Source of the DNA: a virus
Taxonomy: Duplodnaviria; Heunggongvirae; Uroviricota; Caudoviricetes
Virus record (IMG/VR): IMGVR_UViG_2740892235_000016
Location: 1-32,315 of that record
DNA length: 32,315 bases
Strand: one strand, 5' to 3'
The position numbers and the translations under genes were made by a program. Positions 22,571 to 32,315 of this stretch are shown piece after piece (within the stretch, counting starts at the first letter, position 1; each line of letters starts with the position of its first letter). Under the pieces are notes generated by a model, which worked only from the letters and a program-made list of their open reading frames with translations, did not search any database and was not told the DNA's origin.

Positions 22571-23314
22571 ATGACACAGACAGAATCAGCGATTCTGGCG
22601 CACGCCCGGCGATGTGCGCCAGCGGAGTCGTGCGGCTTCGTGGTAAGCACGCCGGAGGGGGAAAGATATTTCCCCTGCGTGAATATCTCCGGTGAGCCGG
22701 AGGCGTATTTCCGTATGTCGCCGGAAGACTGGCTGCAGGCAGAAATGCAGGGTGAGATTGTGGCGCTGGTCCACAGCCACCCCGGTGGTCTGCCCTGGCT
22801 GAGTGAGGCCGACCGGCGGCTGCAGGTGCAGAGTGATTTGCCGTGGTGGCTGGTCTGCCGGGGGACGATTCATAAGTTCCGCTGTGTGCCGCATCTCACC
22901 GGGCGGCGCTTTGAGCACGGTGTGACGGACTGTTACACACTGTTCCGGGATGCTTATCATCTGGCGGGGATTGAGATGCCGGACTTTCATCGTGAGGATG
23001 ACTGGTGGCGTAACGGCCAGAATCTCTATCTGGATAATCTGGAGGCGACGGGGCTGTATCAGGTGCCGTTGTCAGCGGCACAGCCGGGCGATGTGCTGCT
23101 GTGCTGTTTTGGTTCATCGGTGCCGAATCACGCCGCAATTTACTGCGGCGACGGCGAGCTGCTGCACCATATTCCTGAACAACTGAGCAAACGAGAGAGG
23201 TACACCGACAAATGGCAGCGACGCACACACTCCCTCTGGCGTCACCGGGCATGGCGCGCATCTGCCTTTACGGGGATTTACAACGACTTGGTCGCCGCAT
23301 CGACCTTCGTGTGA
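22571..23314 (+). CDS. K: Tail tip assembly protein K (MPN/JAB plus NlpC/P60-like domains); full 247-aa ORF
   Basis: ORF from ATG 22571; JAB-like HSHP motif (ALVHSHPGG) in the N-terminal part; I recall lambda K annotated as 199 aa from the internal Met (MSPEDWL...) at about 22715. Confidence 0.85.
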   Translation: MTQTESAILAHARRCAPAESCGFVVSTPEGERYFPCVNISGEPEAYFRMSPEDWLQAEMQGEIVALVHSHPGGLPWLSEADRRLQVQSDLPWWLVCRGTIHKFRCVPHLTGRRFEHGVTDCYTLFRDAYHLAGIEMPDFHREDDWWRNGQNLYLDNLEATGLYQVPLSAAQPGDVLLCCFGSSVPNHAAIYCGDGELLHHIPEQLSKRERYTDKWQRRTHSLWRHRAWRASAFTGIYNDLVAASTFV

Positions 23315-23883
23315 AAACGGGGGCTGAAGCCATCCGGGCACTGGCCACACAGCTCCCGGCGTTTCGTCAGAAACTGAGCGACGGCTGGTATCAGGTACGG
23401 ATTGCCGGGCGGGACGTCAGCACGTCCGGGTTAACGGCGCAGTTACATGAGACTCTGCCTGATGGCGCTGTGATTCATATTGTTCCCAGAGTCGCCGGGG
23501 CCAAGTCAGGTGGCGTATTCCAGATTGTCCTGGGGGCTGCCGCCATTGCCGGATCATTCTTTACCGCCGGAGCCACCCTTGCAGCATGGGGGGCAGCCAT
23601 TGGGGCCGGTGGTATGACCGGCATCCTGTTTTCTCTCGGTGCCAGTATGGTGCTCGGTGGTGTGGCGCAGATGCTGGCACCGAAAGCCAGAACTCCCCGT
23701 ACACAGACAACGGATAACGGTAAGCAGAACACCTATTTCTCCTCACTGGATAACATGGTTGCCCAGGGCAATGTTCTGCCTGTTCTGTACGGGGAAATGC
23801 GCGTGGGGTCACGCGTGGTTTCTCAGGAGATCAGCACGGCAGACGAAGGGGACGGTGGTCAGGTTGTGGTGATTGGTCGCTGA
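23212..23883 (+). CDS. I: Tail tip assembly protein I
   Basis: 223 aa, MAATHTLPLASPGMARICLYGDLQRLGRRIDLRVK...; overlaps K 3' end in another frame. Confidence 0.95.
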   Translation: MAATHTLPLASPGMARICLYGDLQRLGRRIDLRVKTGAEAIRALATQLPAFRQKLSDGWYQVRIAGRDVSTSGLTAQLHETLPDGAVIHIVPRVAGAKSGGVFQIVLGAAAIAGSFFTAGATLAAWGAAIGAGGMTGILFSLGASMVLGGVAQMLAPKARTPRTQTTDNGKQNTYFSSLDNMVAQGNVLPVLYGEMRVGSRVVSQEISTADEGDGGQVVVIGR

Positions 23884-23943
23884 TGCAAAATGTTTTATGT
23901 GAAACCGCCTGCGGGCGGTTTTGTCATTTATGGAGCGTGAGGA

Positions 23944-26900
23944 ATGGGTAAAGGAAGCAGTAAGGGGCATACCCCGCGCGAAGCGAAGGACAACCTGAAG
24001 TCCACGCAGTTGCTGAGTGTGATCGATGCCATCAGCGAAGGGCCGGTTGAAGGTCCGGTGGATGGATTAAAAAGCGTGCTGCTGAACAGTACGCCGGTGC
24101 TGGACACTGAGGGGAATACCAACATCTCCGGTGTCACGGTGGTGTTCCGTGCCGGTGAGCAGGAGCAGACACCGCCGGAGGGGTTTGAATCCTCCGGCTC
24201 CGAGACGGTGCTGGGTACGGAAGTGAAATATGACACGCCGATCACCCGCACCATTACGTCTGCAAACATCGACCGTCTGCGCTTTACCTTCGGTGTACAG
24301 GCACTGGTGGAAACCACCTCAAAGGGTGACAGGAATCCGTCGGAAGTCCGTCTGCTGGTTCAGATACAACGTAACGGTGGCTGGGTGACGGAAAAAGACA
24401 TCACCATTAAGGGCAAAACCACCTCGCAGTATCTGGCCTCGGTGGTGGTGGGTAGCCTGCCGCCGCGCCCGTTTAATATCCGGATGCGCAGGATGACGCC
24501 GGACAGCACCACAGACCAGCTGCAGAACAAAACGCTCTGGTCGTCATACACCGAAATCATCGATGTGAAACAGGGCTACCCGAACACGGCACTGGTCGGC
24601 GTGCAGGTGGATTCGGAGCAGTTCGGCAGCCAGCAGGTGAGCCGTAATTATCATCTGCGCGGGCGCATTCTGCAGGTGCCGTCGAACTATAACCCGCAGA
24701 CGCGGCAATACAGCGGTATCTGGGACGGAACGTTTAAACCGGCATACAGCAACAACATGGCCTGGTGTCTGTGGGATATGCTGACCCATCCGCGCTACGG
24801 CATGGGGAAACGTCTTGGTGCGGCGGATGTGGATAAATGGGCGCTGTATGTCATCGGCCAGTACTGCGACCAGTCAGTGCCGGACGGTTTTGGCGGCACG
24901 GAGCCGCGCATCACCTGTAATGCCTACCTGACCACGCAGCGTAAGGCGTGGGATGTGCTCAGTGATTTCTGCTCGGCGATGCGCTGTATGCCGGTATGGA
25001 ACGGGCAGACGCTGACGTTCGTGCAGGACCGACCATCAGATAAGGTGTGGACCTATAACCGCAGTAATGTGGTGATGCCGGATGATGGCGCGCCGTTCCG
25101 CTACAGTTTCAGCGCCCTGAAGGACCGCCATAATGCCGTTGAGGTGAACTGGATTGACCCGGATAACGGCTGGGAGACGGCGACAGAGCTTGTTGAAGAT
25201 GCGCAGGCCATTGCCCGTTACGGTCGTAACGTCACGAAGATGGATGCCTTTGGCTGTACCAGCCGGGGGCAGGCGCACCGCGCCGGGCTGTGGCTGATTA
25301 AAACGGAACTGCTGGAAACGCAGACCGTGGACTTCAGCGTGGGTGCTGAAGGGCTTCGCCATGTACCGGGCGATGTCATTGAAATCTGCGATGATGACTA
25401 TGCCGGTATCAGCACCGGTGGTCGCGTGCTGGCGGTAAACAGCCAGACCCGGACGCTGACGCTCGACCGTGAAATCACGCTGCCATCCTCCGGTACCACG
25501 CTGATAAGCCTGGTTGACGGAAGTGGCAATCCGGTCAGCGTGGAGGTTCAGTCCGTCACCGACGGCGTGAAGGTGAAAGTGAGCCGTGTTCCTGACGGCG
25601 TTGCTGAATACAGCGTGTGGGGGCTGAAGCTGCCGACGCTGCGCCAGCGCCTGTTCCGCTGCGTGAGTATCCGTGAGAACGACGACGGCACGTATGCCAT
25701 CACCGCCGTGCAGCATGTACCGGAAAAAGAAGCCATCGTGGATAACGGGGCGCACTTTGACGGCGACCAGAGCGGCACGGTGAATGGTGTCACGCCGCCA
25801 GCGGTGCAGCACCTGACCGCCGAAGTCACCGCAGACAGCGGGGAATACCAGGTGCTGGCGCGCTGGGATACGCCGAAGGTGGTGAAGGGCGTGAGCTTTA
25901 TGCTTCGCCTGACCGTGGCCGCCGATGACGGCAGTGAGCGGCTGGTCAGCACGGCCCGGACGACGGAAACCACTTACCGCTTCAGGCAACTGGCGCTGGG
26001 GCGTTACACGCTGACGGTCCGGGCGGTAAATGCCCGGGGACAGCAGGGCGATCCGGCGTCGGTATCGTTCCGGATTGCCGCCCCGGCAGCGCCGTCGCGG
26101 ATTGAGCTGACGCCGGGCTATTTTCAGATAACCGCCACGCCGCATCTTGCGGTTTATGATCCGACGGTACAGTTTGAGTTCTGGTTCTCGGAAACGCGGA
26201 TTACCGATATCAGGCAGGTTGAAACCACAGCCCGCTACCTTGGCACGGGGCTGTACTGGATAGCCGCCAGTATCAATATCAAACCGGGCCATGATTATTA
26301 CTTTTATATCCGCAGTGTGAACACCGTTGGCAAATCGGCATTCGTGGAGGCCGTCGGTCGGGCGAGCGATGATGCGGAAGGTTACCTGGATTTTTTCAAA
26401 GGCAAGATAACCGAATCCCATCTCGGTAAAGAGCTGCTGGAAAAAGTCGACCTGACGGAGGATAACGCCAGCAGACTGGATGAGTTTTCGAAAGAGTGGA
26501 AGGACGCTAACGATAAATGGAATGCTATGTGGGGCGTCAAAATTGAGCAGACCAAAGACGGCAAACATTATGTCGCGGGTATTGGCCTCAGCATGGAGGA
26601 CACGGAGGAAGGCAAGCTGAGCCAGTTTCTGGTTGCCGCCAATCGTATCGCGTTTATTGACCCGGCAAACGGGAATGAAACGCCGATGTTTGTGGCGCAG
26701 GGCAACCAGATATTCATGAACGACGTGTTCCTGAAGCGCCTGACAGCCCCCACCATTACCAGCGGTGGCAGTCCTCCGGTATTTTCCCTGACATCAGACG
26801 GAAAGCTGACCGCTAAAAATGCGGATATCAGTGGTAGTGTGAATGCGAACTCAGGAACGCTCAACAATGTCACGGTAAATGAAAACTGTACGATTAAGGG

Positions 26901-27357
26901 CATGCTGGAGGCGACCCAGGTCAGAGGGGATTTCGTTAAAGCTGTATCAAAAGCCTTCCCGAAAAAAGTCGGTACGTGGGGTAACACGGAAACACCAAAC
27001 GGTACGGTTACAGTCACCATCAGCGATGATCATAACTTTGACCGCCAGATTATTATTCCGCCCATTATTTTTAACGGTATAGCGTATGACGATCCGGGGA
27101 GCGGAAATAACCCAGGAGGCACGCGATACACGGGTTATGGTTTTGAAGTTCGCAAAAACGGCGTATTAATCGCATCCAGAGAAACTAAAGGGGCCATTCC
27201 CGGTAGTTACAGTGCAGTTATTGATATGCCTAGTGGTGGTGGTAGCGTCACTCTGGAGTTTAAGATTTTCCAGAAAGGCAATCAGGGGGCAGGCAATATC
27301 ACCGACTGTACGGTGATTGTGACCAAAAAAGCGGCTTCCGGCATCAGTATTCGTTGA
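23944..27357 (+). CDS. J: Central tail fibre / host-specificity protein J (1137 aa) with non-lambda C-terminal receptor-binding region
   Basis: N-terminal ~980 aa collinear with lambda gpJ; fibronectin-III-like repeats; last ~150 aa diverge from my recollection of the lambda LamB-binding C-terminus. Confidence 0.93.
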   Translation: MGKGSSKGHTPREAKDNLKSTQLLSVIDAISEGPVEGPVDGLKSVLLNSTPVLDTEGNTNISGVTVVFRAGEQEQTPPEGFESSGSETVLGTEVKYDTPITRTITSANIDRLRFTFGVQALVETTSKGDRNPSEVRLLVQIQRNGGWVTEKDITIKGKTTSQYLASVVVGSLPPRPFNIRMRRMTPDSTTDQLQNKTLWSSYTEIIDVKQGYPNTALVGVQVDSEQFGSQQVSRNYHLRGRILQVPSNYNPQTRQYSGIWDGTFKPAYSNNMAWCLWDMLTHPRYGMGKRLGAADVDKWALYVIGQYCDQSVPDGFGGTEPRITCNAYLTTQRKAWDVLSDFCSAMRCMPVWNGQTLTFVQDRPSDKVWTYNRSNVVMPDDGAPFRYSFSALKDRHNAVEVNWIDPDNGWETATELVEDAQAIARYGRNVTKMDAFGCTSRGQAHRAGLWLIKTELLETQTVDFSVGAEGLRHVPGDVIEICDDDYAGISTGGRVLAVNSQTRTLTLDREITLPSSGTTLISLVDGSGNPVSVEVQSVTDGVKVKVSRVPDGVAEYSVWGLKLPTLRQRLFRCVSIRENDDGTYAITAVQHVPEKEAIVDNGAHFDGDQSGTVNGVTPPAVQHLTAEVTADSGEYQVLARWDTPKVVKGVSFMLRLTVAADDGSERLVSTARTTETTYRFRQLALGRYTLTVRAVNARGQQGDPASVSFRIAAPAAPSRIELTPGYFQITATPHLAVYDPTVQFEFWFSETRITDIRQVETTARYLGTGLYWIAASINIKPGHDYYFYIRSVNTVGKSAFVEAVGRASDDAEGYLDFFKGKITESHLGKELLEKVDLTEDNASRLDEFSKEWKDANDKWNAMWGVKIEQTKDGKHYVAGIGLSMEDTEEGKLSQFLVAANRIAFIDPANGNETPMFVAQGNQIFMNDVFLKRLTAPTITSGGSPPVFSLTSDGKLTAKNADISGSVNANSGTLNNVTVNENCTIKGMLEATQVRGDFVKAVSKAFPKKVGTWGNTETPNGTVTVTISDDHNFDRQIIIPPIIFNGIAYDDPGSGNNPGGTRYTGYGFEVRKNGVLIASRETKGAIPGSYSAVIDMPSGGGSVTLEFKIFQKGNQGAGNITDCTVIVTKKAASGISIR

Positions 27358-27379
27358 AATATTTATAACCCCAATAAAT

Positions 27380-27403
27380 GGCGTCAGGAATGACGCCTTT
27401 TTT
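27380..27403 (+). terminator. Rho-independent terminator after J
   Basis: ggcgtca-ggaa-tgacgcc hairpin followed by TTTTTT. Confidence 0.7.
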
Positions 27404-27427
27404 ATTGCAGAAAAGCGAGAGGTAATT

Positions 27428-28027
27428 ATGCGTAAAGTTTGTGCCGCCATTTTGTCCGCAGCCATTTGTCTGGCCGTATCCGGTGCGCCTGCATGGGCGT
27501 CTGAACATCAGTCCACGCTGAGCGCGGGGTATCTTCATGCCCGGACCAACGTTCCCGGCAGTGATGATCTGAACGGGATTAACGTGAAATACCGTTATGA
27601 GTTTACGGATACGCTGGGGCTGGTGACGTCATTCAGCTATGCAGGAGACAAGAATCGCCAGCTGACCCATTACAGCGATACTCGCTGGCATGAAGATTCC
27701 GTTCGTAACCGCTGGTTCAGCGTAATGGCGGGGCCGTCTGTGCGCGTGAATGAATGGTTCAGCGCGTATGCGATGGCGGGTGTGGCTTACAGCCGTGTGT
27801 CGACTTTCTCCGGGGATTATCTCCGCGTAACTGACAACAAGGGGAAAACGCACGACGTGCTGACCGGAAGTGATGACGGTCGCCACAGCAACACGTCTCT
27901 GGCGTGGGGAGCTGGCGTGCAGTTTAACCCGACCGAATCCGTGGCCATTGATATTGCTTATGAAGGCTCCGGCAGTGGCGACTGGCGCACTGACGGTTTC
28001 ATCGTGGGTGTCGGTTATAAGTTCTGA
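27428..28027 (+). CDS. lom: Lom outer-membrane protein (Ail/Lom family 8-strand beta-barrel)
   Basis: 199-aa ORF with signal peptide; C-terminal ...GFIVGVGYKF; matches lambda Lom. Confidence 0.9.
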   Translation: MRKVCAAILSAAICLAVSGAPAWASEHQSTLSAGYLHARTNVPGSDDLNGINVKYRYEFTDTLGLVTSFSYAGDKNRQLTHYSDTRWHEDSVRNRWFSVMAGPSVRVNEWFSAYAMAGVAYSRVSTFSGDYLRVTDNKGKTHDVLTGSDDGRHSNTSLAWGAGVQFNPTESVAIDIAYEGSGSGDWRTDGFIVGVGYKF

Positions 28028-28053
28028 TTAGCCAGGTAACACAGTGTTATGAC

Positions 28054-28081
28054 AGCCCGCCGGTTCAGGCGGGCTTTTTTG
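28054..28081 (+). terminator. Rho-independent terminator after lom
   Basis: agcccgcc-ggttca-ggcgggct hairpin followed by TTTTTT. Confidence 0.7.
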
Positions 28082-28091
28082 TGGGGTGAAT

Positions 28092-31052
28092 ATGGCAGTA
28101 AAGATTTCAGGTGTACTGAAAGACGGCACAGGAAAACCGGTACAGAACTGCACAATCCAGCTGAAAGCAAAACGTAACAGCACCACGGTGGTGGTGAACA
28201 CGCTGGCCTCAGAAAATCCGGATGAAGCCGGGCGTTACAGCATGGACGTTGAGTACGGTCAGTACAGCGTTATTCTGTTGGTGGAAGGATTCCCGCCGTC
28301 ACATGCCGGGACCATCACCGTGTATGAAGATTCCCGACCCGGTACGCTGAATGATTTTCTCGGTGCCATGACGGAGGATGATGCCCGTCCGGAGGCTCTG
28401 CGCCGTTTTGAACTGATGGTGGAAGAGGTGACGCGTAACGCGTCCGCGGTGGCACAGAACACGGCAGCCGCGAAGAAGTCAGCCAGTGATGCCGGCACAT
28501 CTGCCCGTGAGGCGGCAACCCATGCGACTGATGCTGCAGGCTCAGCGCGTGCAGCCAGCACGTCAGCCGGACAGGCCGCGACTTCGGCTCAGGAGGCGTC
28601 TTCCAGCGCAGGAACGGCATCAACAAAGGCCACTGAAGCATCAAAAAGTGCTGCCGCTGCAGAGTCCTCAAAAAGCGCGGCGGCCACCAGTGCCGGTGCG
28701 GCGAAAACGTCAGAAACGAATGCTGCAGCGTCACAAAAATCAGCAGCCACTTCTGCATCCACTGCGACGACGAAAGCGTCAGAAGCCGCCACTTCAGCCA
28801 GAGATGCGGCGGCCTCCAAAGAGGCGGCAAAATCATCAGAAACGAACGCCTCCACAAGCGCCAGCAGTGCAGCCTCCTCGGCAACGGCGGCAGGAAATTC
28901 CGTGAAGGCGGCAAAAACGTCCGAGACGAATGCCAGGTCTTCTGAAACGGCAGCGGAACAGAGCGCCTCAGCTGCGGCAGACTCTGAGACAGCAGCTGCA
29001 TCATCGGCCCGTGAGGCGTCCATTAAGGCAGAGGAGGCAGCAGTCAGTGCCACCGCCGCCGGAAAATCGGCAGAAAGCGCCGCATCATCCGCTTCAACAG
29101 CCACAACGAAGGCTGGCGAAGCCACTGAACAGGCCAGCGCAGCAGCGAGGTCTGCTTCCGCAGCGAAGACATCCGAAACGAACGCGAAAGCGTCGGAAAC
29201 CAGCGCAGAATCCTCAAAAACGGCTGCCGCATCGTCCGCCAGTTCGGCGGCGTCATCGGCATCATCTGCGTCTGCTTCAAAAGATGAGGCGACCAGACAG
29301 GCGTCAGCAGCGAGGGGCAGCGCCACGACGGCATCCACGAAGGCGACAGAGGCTGCTGGCAGTGCGGCAGCGGCAGCACAGAGCAAAAGTACGGCGGAAT
29401 CCGCGGCAACGCGCGCCGAGACAGCAGCAAAACGGGCAGAGGATATTGCATCCGCCGTGGCGCTTGAGGATGCGAGCACGACGAAAAAGGGGATAGTACA
29501 GCTCAGCAGTGCGACCAACAGCACTTCCGAGTCACAGGCGGCAACGCCAAAAGCCGTTAAGGCCGCGTATGACCTGGCTAACGGGAAATACACCGCACAG
29601 GATGCAACGACAGCACAGAAAGGGATAGTTCAGCTCAGCAGTGCGACTAACAGCACTTCCGAGTCACAGGCGGCAACGCCAAAAGCCGTTAAGGCCGCGT
29701 ATGACCTGGCTAACGGGAAATACACCGCACAGGACGCTACGACAGCACAAAAAGGAATTGTCCAGCTCAGTAGTGCAACCAACAGCACATCTGAAACGCT
29801 TGCTGCGACACCGAAAGCAGTGAAAGCAGCTAATGACAATGCGAATGGTCGGGTACCTTCTGCCCGTAAGGTGAATGGTAAGGCGCTTTCAGCGGATATA
29901 ACACTGACGCCGAAAGATATTGGTACGCTTAACTCAACAACAATGTCATTCAGCGGTGGTGCTGGTTGGTTCAAATTAGCAACGGTAACCATGCCACAGG
30001 CGAGTTCTGTTGTTTCAATTACGTTGATTGGTGGCGCTGGATTTAACGTGGGGTCACCTCAACAGGCAGGTATATCTGAACTTGTTTTACGTGCAGGTAA
30101 TGGTAATCCGAAGGGGATTACTGGTGCTTTATGGCAGCGCACATCGACAGGGTTTACAAATTTTGCCTGGGTCAATACATCTGGTGATACTTACGATATT
30201 TACGTTGCAATCGGAAATTATGCGACTGGTGTAAATATTCAATGGGATTATACCAGTAATGCCAGCGTGACGATTCATACGTCACCAGCATATTCTGCTA
30301 ATAAGCCGGAAGGGTTAACGGACGGTACAGTTTATTCACTCTATACGCCATCAGAGCAGTTTTATCCGCCTGGCGCACCAATCCCGTGGCCATCAGATAC
30401 CGTTCCGTCTGGCTATGCCCTGATGCAGGGGCAGACTTTTGACAAATCTGCATACCCGAAACTTGCAGCCGCTTATCCGTCAGGCGTGATCCCTGATATG
30501 CGTGGCTGGACGATTAAGGGCAAACCTGCCAGTGGTCGGGCCGTATTGTCTCAGGAACAGGACGGCATTAAATCGCATACCCACAGCGCCAGCGCATCCA
30601 GTACGGATTTGGGGACGAAAACCACATCGTCGTTTGATTACGGCACTAAATCCACGAATAACACTGGTGCGCATACCCATAGTTTAAGTGGCAGCACGAA
30701 TGCAGCTGGTAATCACAGCCATAGAGATGGCCGTCGATTTAACCCCAGTGTTTTTAAAGATACTTATCAATATGGTTATACAAGCTCAGGTCAAAATACC
30801 TGGGGTGTACAAGGCTCAGTAGGTATGTCTACGGGGTGGTTAGCGAATACCAGTACAGATGGTAATCATAGCCATTCACTGTCCGGCACAGCAGCATCTG
30901 CAGGTGCACACGCGCATACTGTCGGTATTGGTGCTCATACGCACTCCGTTGCGATTGGTTCACATGGACACACCATCACCGTTAACGCTGCTGGTAACGC
31001 GGAAAACACCGTCAAAAACATCGCATTTAACTATATTGTGAGGCTTGCATAA
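28092..31052 (+). CDS. stf: Side tail fibre protein Stf (intact, ~986 aa) with Ala/Ser/Thr-rich shaft, three tandem 44-aa fibre repeats and His-rich C-terminal domain
   Basis: ORF track 28086..31052, ATG at 28092 ([26 protein letters not shown]...); C-terminus ...[22 protein letters not shown] with multiple HxH motifs; lambda-Stf-like N- and C-termini. Confidence 0.93.
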   Translation: MAVKISGVLKDGTGKPVQNCTIQLKAKRNSTTVVVNTLASENPDEAGRYSMDVEYGQYSVILLVEGFPPSHAGTITVYEDSRPGTLNDFLGAMTEDDARPEALRRFELMVEEVTRNASAVAQNTAAAKKSASDAGTSAREAATHATDAAGSARAASTSAGQAATSAQEASSSAGTASTKATEASKSAAAAESSKSAAATSAGAAKTSETNAAASQKSAATSASTATTKASEAATSARDAAASKEAAKSSETNASTSASSAASSATAAGNSVKAAKTSETNARSSETAAEQSASAAADSETAAASSAREASIKAEEAAVSATAAGKSAESAASSASTATTKAGEATEQASAAARSASAAKTSETNAKASETSAESSKTAAASSASSAASSASSASASKDEATRQASAARGSATTASTKATEAAGSAAAAAQSKSTAESAATRAETAAKRAEDIASAVALEDASTTKKGIVQLSSATNSTSESQAATPKAVKAAYDLANGKYTAQDATTAQKGIVQLSSATNSTSESQAATPKAVKAAYDLANGKYTAQDATTAQKGIVQLSSATNSTSETLAATPKAVKAANDNANGRVPSARKVNGKALSADITLTPKDIGTLNSTTMSFSGGAGWFKLATVTMPQASSVVSITLIGGAGFNVGSPQQAGISELVLRAGNGNPKGITGALWQRTSTGFTNFAWVNTSGDTYDIYVAIGNYATGVNIQWDYTSNASVTIHTSPAYSANKPEGLTDGTVYSLYTPSEQFYPPGAPIPWPSDTVPSGYALMQGQTFDKSAYPKLAAAYPSGVIPDMRGWTIKGKPASGRAVLSQEQDGIKSHTHSASASSTDLGTKTTSSFDYGTKSTNNTGAHTHSLSGSTNAAGNHSHRDGRRFNPSVFKDTYQYGYTSSGQNTWGVQGSVGMSTGWLANTSTDGNHSHSLSGTAASAGAHAHTVGIGAHTHSVAIGSHGHTITVNAAGNAENTVKNIAFNYIVRLA
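29478..29873 (+). repeat. Three tandem in-frame 132-bp repeats inside stf (phage tail fibre repeat motif [15 protein letters not shown]...TPKAVKAA)
   Basis: KGIVQ codons recur at ~29490, ~29622 and ~29754; copies 1 and 2 nearly identical at nucleotide level, copy 3 diverged; boundaries approximate. Confidence 0.85.
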
Positions 31053-31627
31053 TGGCATTCAGAATGAGTGAACAACCACGGACCATAAAAATTTATAATC
31101 TGCTGGCCGGAACTAATGAATTTATTGGTGAAGGTGACGCATATATTCCGCCTCATACAGGTCTGCCAGCAAACAGTACCGATATTGCACCACCAGATAT
31201 TCCTGCTGGCTTTGTGGCTGTTTTCAACAGTGATAAGGCATCGTGGCATCTCGTTGAAGACCATCGGGGTAAAACGGTTTATGACGTAGCGTCAGGGGAC
31301 GCGTTATTTATTTCTGAACTCGGTCCGTTACCGGAAAATGTTACCTGGTTATCGCCGGAAGGGGAGTTTCAGAAGTGGAACGGCACAGCCTGGGTGAAAG
31401 ATGCAGAAGCAGAAAAACTGTTCCGGATCCGAGAGGCGGAAGAAACAAAAAACAGCCTGATGCAGGTAGCCAGTGAGCATATTGCGCCACTTCAGGATGC
31501 TGTAGATCTGGAAATCGCAACGGAGGAAGAAACCTCATTGCTGGAAGCCTGGAAAAAGTATCGGGTGTTGCTGAACCGTGTTGATACGTCAACTGCACAG
31601 GATATTGAATGGCCAGCACTGCCGTAG
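31052..31627 (+). CDS. tfa: Tail fibre assembly protein Tfa
   Basis: 191 aa, [54 protein letters not shown]...; start overlaps stf stop (TAATG). Confidence 0.95.
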   Translation: MAFRMSEQPRTIKIYNLLAGTNEFIGEGDAYIPPHTGLPANSTDIAPPDIPAGFVAVFNSDKASWHLVEDHRGKTVYDVASGDALFISELGPLPENVTWLSPEGEFQKWNGTAWVKDAEAEKLFRIREAEETKNSLMQVASEHIAPLQDAVDLEIATEEETSLLEAWKKYRVLLNRVDTSTAQDIEWPALP

Positions 31628-31724
31628 GGTAAAACATATAAATTCTATAATTAGATGTATCTTTCCATTTACGGCAAGGAAGGGGGCTTGGAAGACGTAA
31701 AGCATCTCACACCGAGATTATTTT

Positions 31725-32315
31725 TTATATGTCAGGTGTCTGAAGTTTTGCTTTGGCTCTTAAAATGGTTTGCCGCGAGGTTTTGAATTCCCGGGCAATG
31801 GCACTTATACTTACACCTGACTTAATTCGTTCGAATACCACCTGTTTCTGTTCTTCATTTAACACAGGTGGTCGACCAAAACGTTTCCCTGCGCCGCGGG
31901 CTCTTACTATCCCGGAATGAGTGCGTTCAAGTAAAAGGTCTCGTTCAAATTCAGCGACTGCTGAAATTACGTGCATCATCATTTTTCCTGTTGGACTGGT
32001 CAGGTCAATGCCCCCCAATGCTAAGCAATGCACTCTGATACCTGTTTCGGTCAGTTGTTCCACTGTTTTCCTGATATCCATTGCATTACAACCAAGGCGA
32101 TCCAGTTTTGTCACAATCAATTGATCACCACATTTCAGGCGAGCAAGCAACCGGTTAAAACCAGGACGCTCACTGGTTGCTGCTGAGCCGCTAATGTGTT
32201 CTTCGATTATTTGCTGAGGTTTGATTTTAAAACCTGCACTTTCGATTTCCCTGCGTTGATTTTCGATGGTCTGATCCAGCGTTGATATCCGACAGTAAGC
32301 AAAAATTCGAGACAT
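31725..32315 (-). CDS. Serine recombinase (resolvase/DNA-invertase family), complete 196-aa ORF whose start codon is the last three bases of the window
   Basis: N-terminal catalytic motif [12 protein letters not shown] (active-site Ser), central ...[11 protein letters not shown]..., GRPP linker and C-terminal HTH ([18 protein letters not shown]); convergent with tfa. Confidence 0.85.
   Translation of the reverse strand: MSRIFAYCRISTLDQTIENQRREIESAGFKIKPQQIIEEHISGSAATSERPGFNRLLARLKCGDQLIVTKLDRLGCNAMDIRKTVEQLTETGIRVHCLALGGIDLTSPTGKMMMHVISAVAEFERDLLLERTHSGIVRARGAGKRFGRPPVLNEEQKQVVFERIKSGVSISAIAREFKTSRQTILRAKAKLQTPDI

Noticed and set aside
20632-22577. Minus-strand ORFs of 172-270 aa (20632..21150, 21134..21799, 21765..22577)
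   Set aside because: Antisense to H, M and L, which are confidently assigned by match to lambda; no RBS or conservation argument
25036-26568. 510-aa ORF on the minus strand
   Set aside because: Lies entirely antisense within J, whose plus-strand product matches lambda gpJ over its length; long open antisense frames are expected in GC-rich coding sequence
28315-29593. Several long overlapping ORFs on both strands (28315..29004, 28589..29593, 28930..29496) with Pro/Arg/Gln-rich or Ala-rich translations
   Set aside because: All fall within the low-complexity Ala/Ser-rich part of stf; they are frame artefacts of a repetitive GC-rich coding region
29478-29873. Tandem direct repeats that could be mistaken for a CRISPR-like or satellite array
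   Set aside because: Period is 132 bp with no spacer/repeat alternation, and the repeats are in-frame coding sequence within stf
28092-31724. Invertible tail-fibre segment (G-segment-like) controlled by the adjacent recombinase
   Set aside because: No alternative fibre cassette in inverse orientation and no recognisable crossover-site inverted repeats were found by eye; kept only as a hypothesis in the findings

Overview
This window is the late region of a lambda-like (lambdoid) prophage on the + strand, covering antitermination, lysis, cos, head, tail and tail-fibre genes. Calls rest on reading the six-frame translations against remembered phage lambda and E. coli DLP12 proteins; no database search was run. 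From cos rightward the order matches lambda gene for gene: Nu1, A, W, B, C/Nu3, D, E, FI, FII, Z, U, V, G, G-T, H, M, L, K, I, J, lom, stf, tfa. Left of cos the content is DLP12/phage-21-like: quuD-like Q antiterminator, an nmpC-like porin on the opposite strand, S21-type pinholin, SAR endolysin, Rz/Rz1, bor, and a low-GC block of small unknown ORFs. The first 3.3 kb is unusual: it holds three Q-family genes, a duplicated DUF968 3' end and a duplicated small HTH ORF, interrupted by two 10-N runs (1190-1199, 2072-2081), so it may be a scaffolding artefact. A serine recombinase gene ends the window, convergent with tfa. I found no CRISPR array, tRNA or recognisable defence system; the most likely places for anything undescribed are the multi-Q left end, the low-GC block next to cos, and the recombinase locus.
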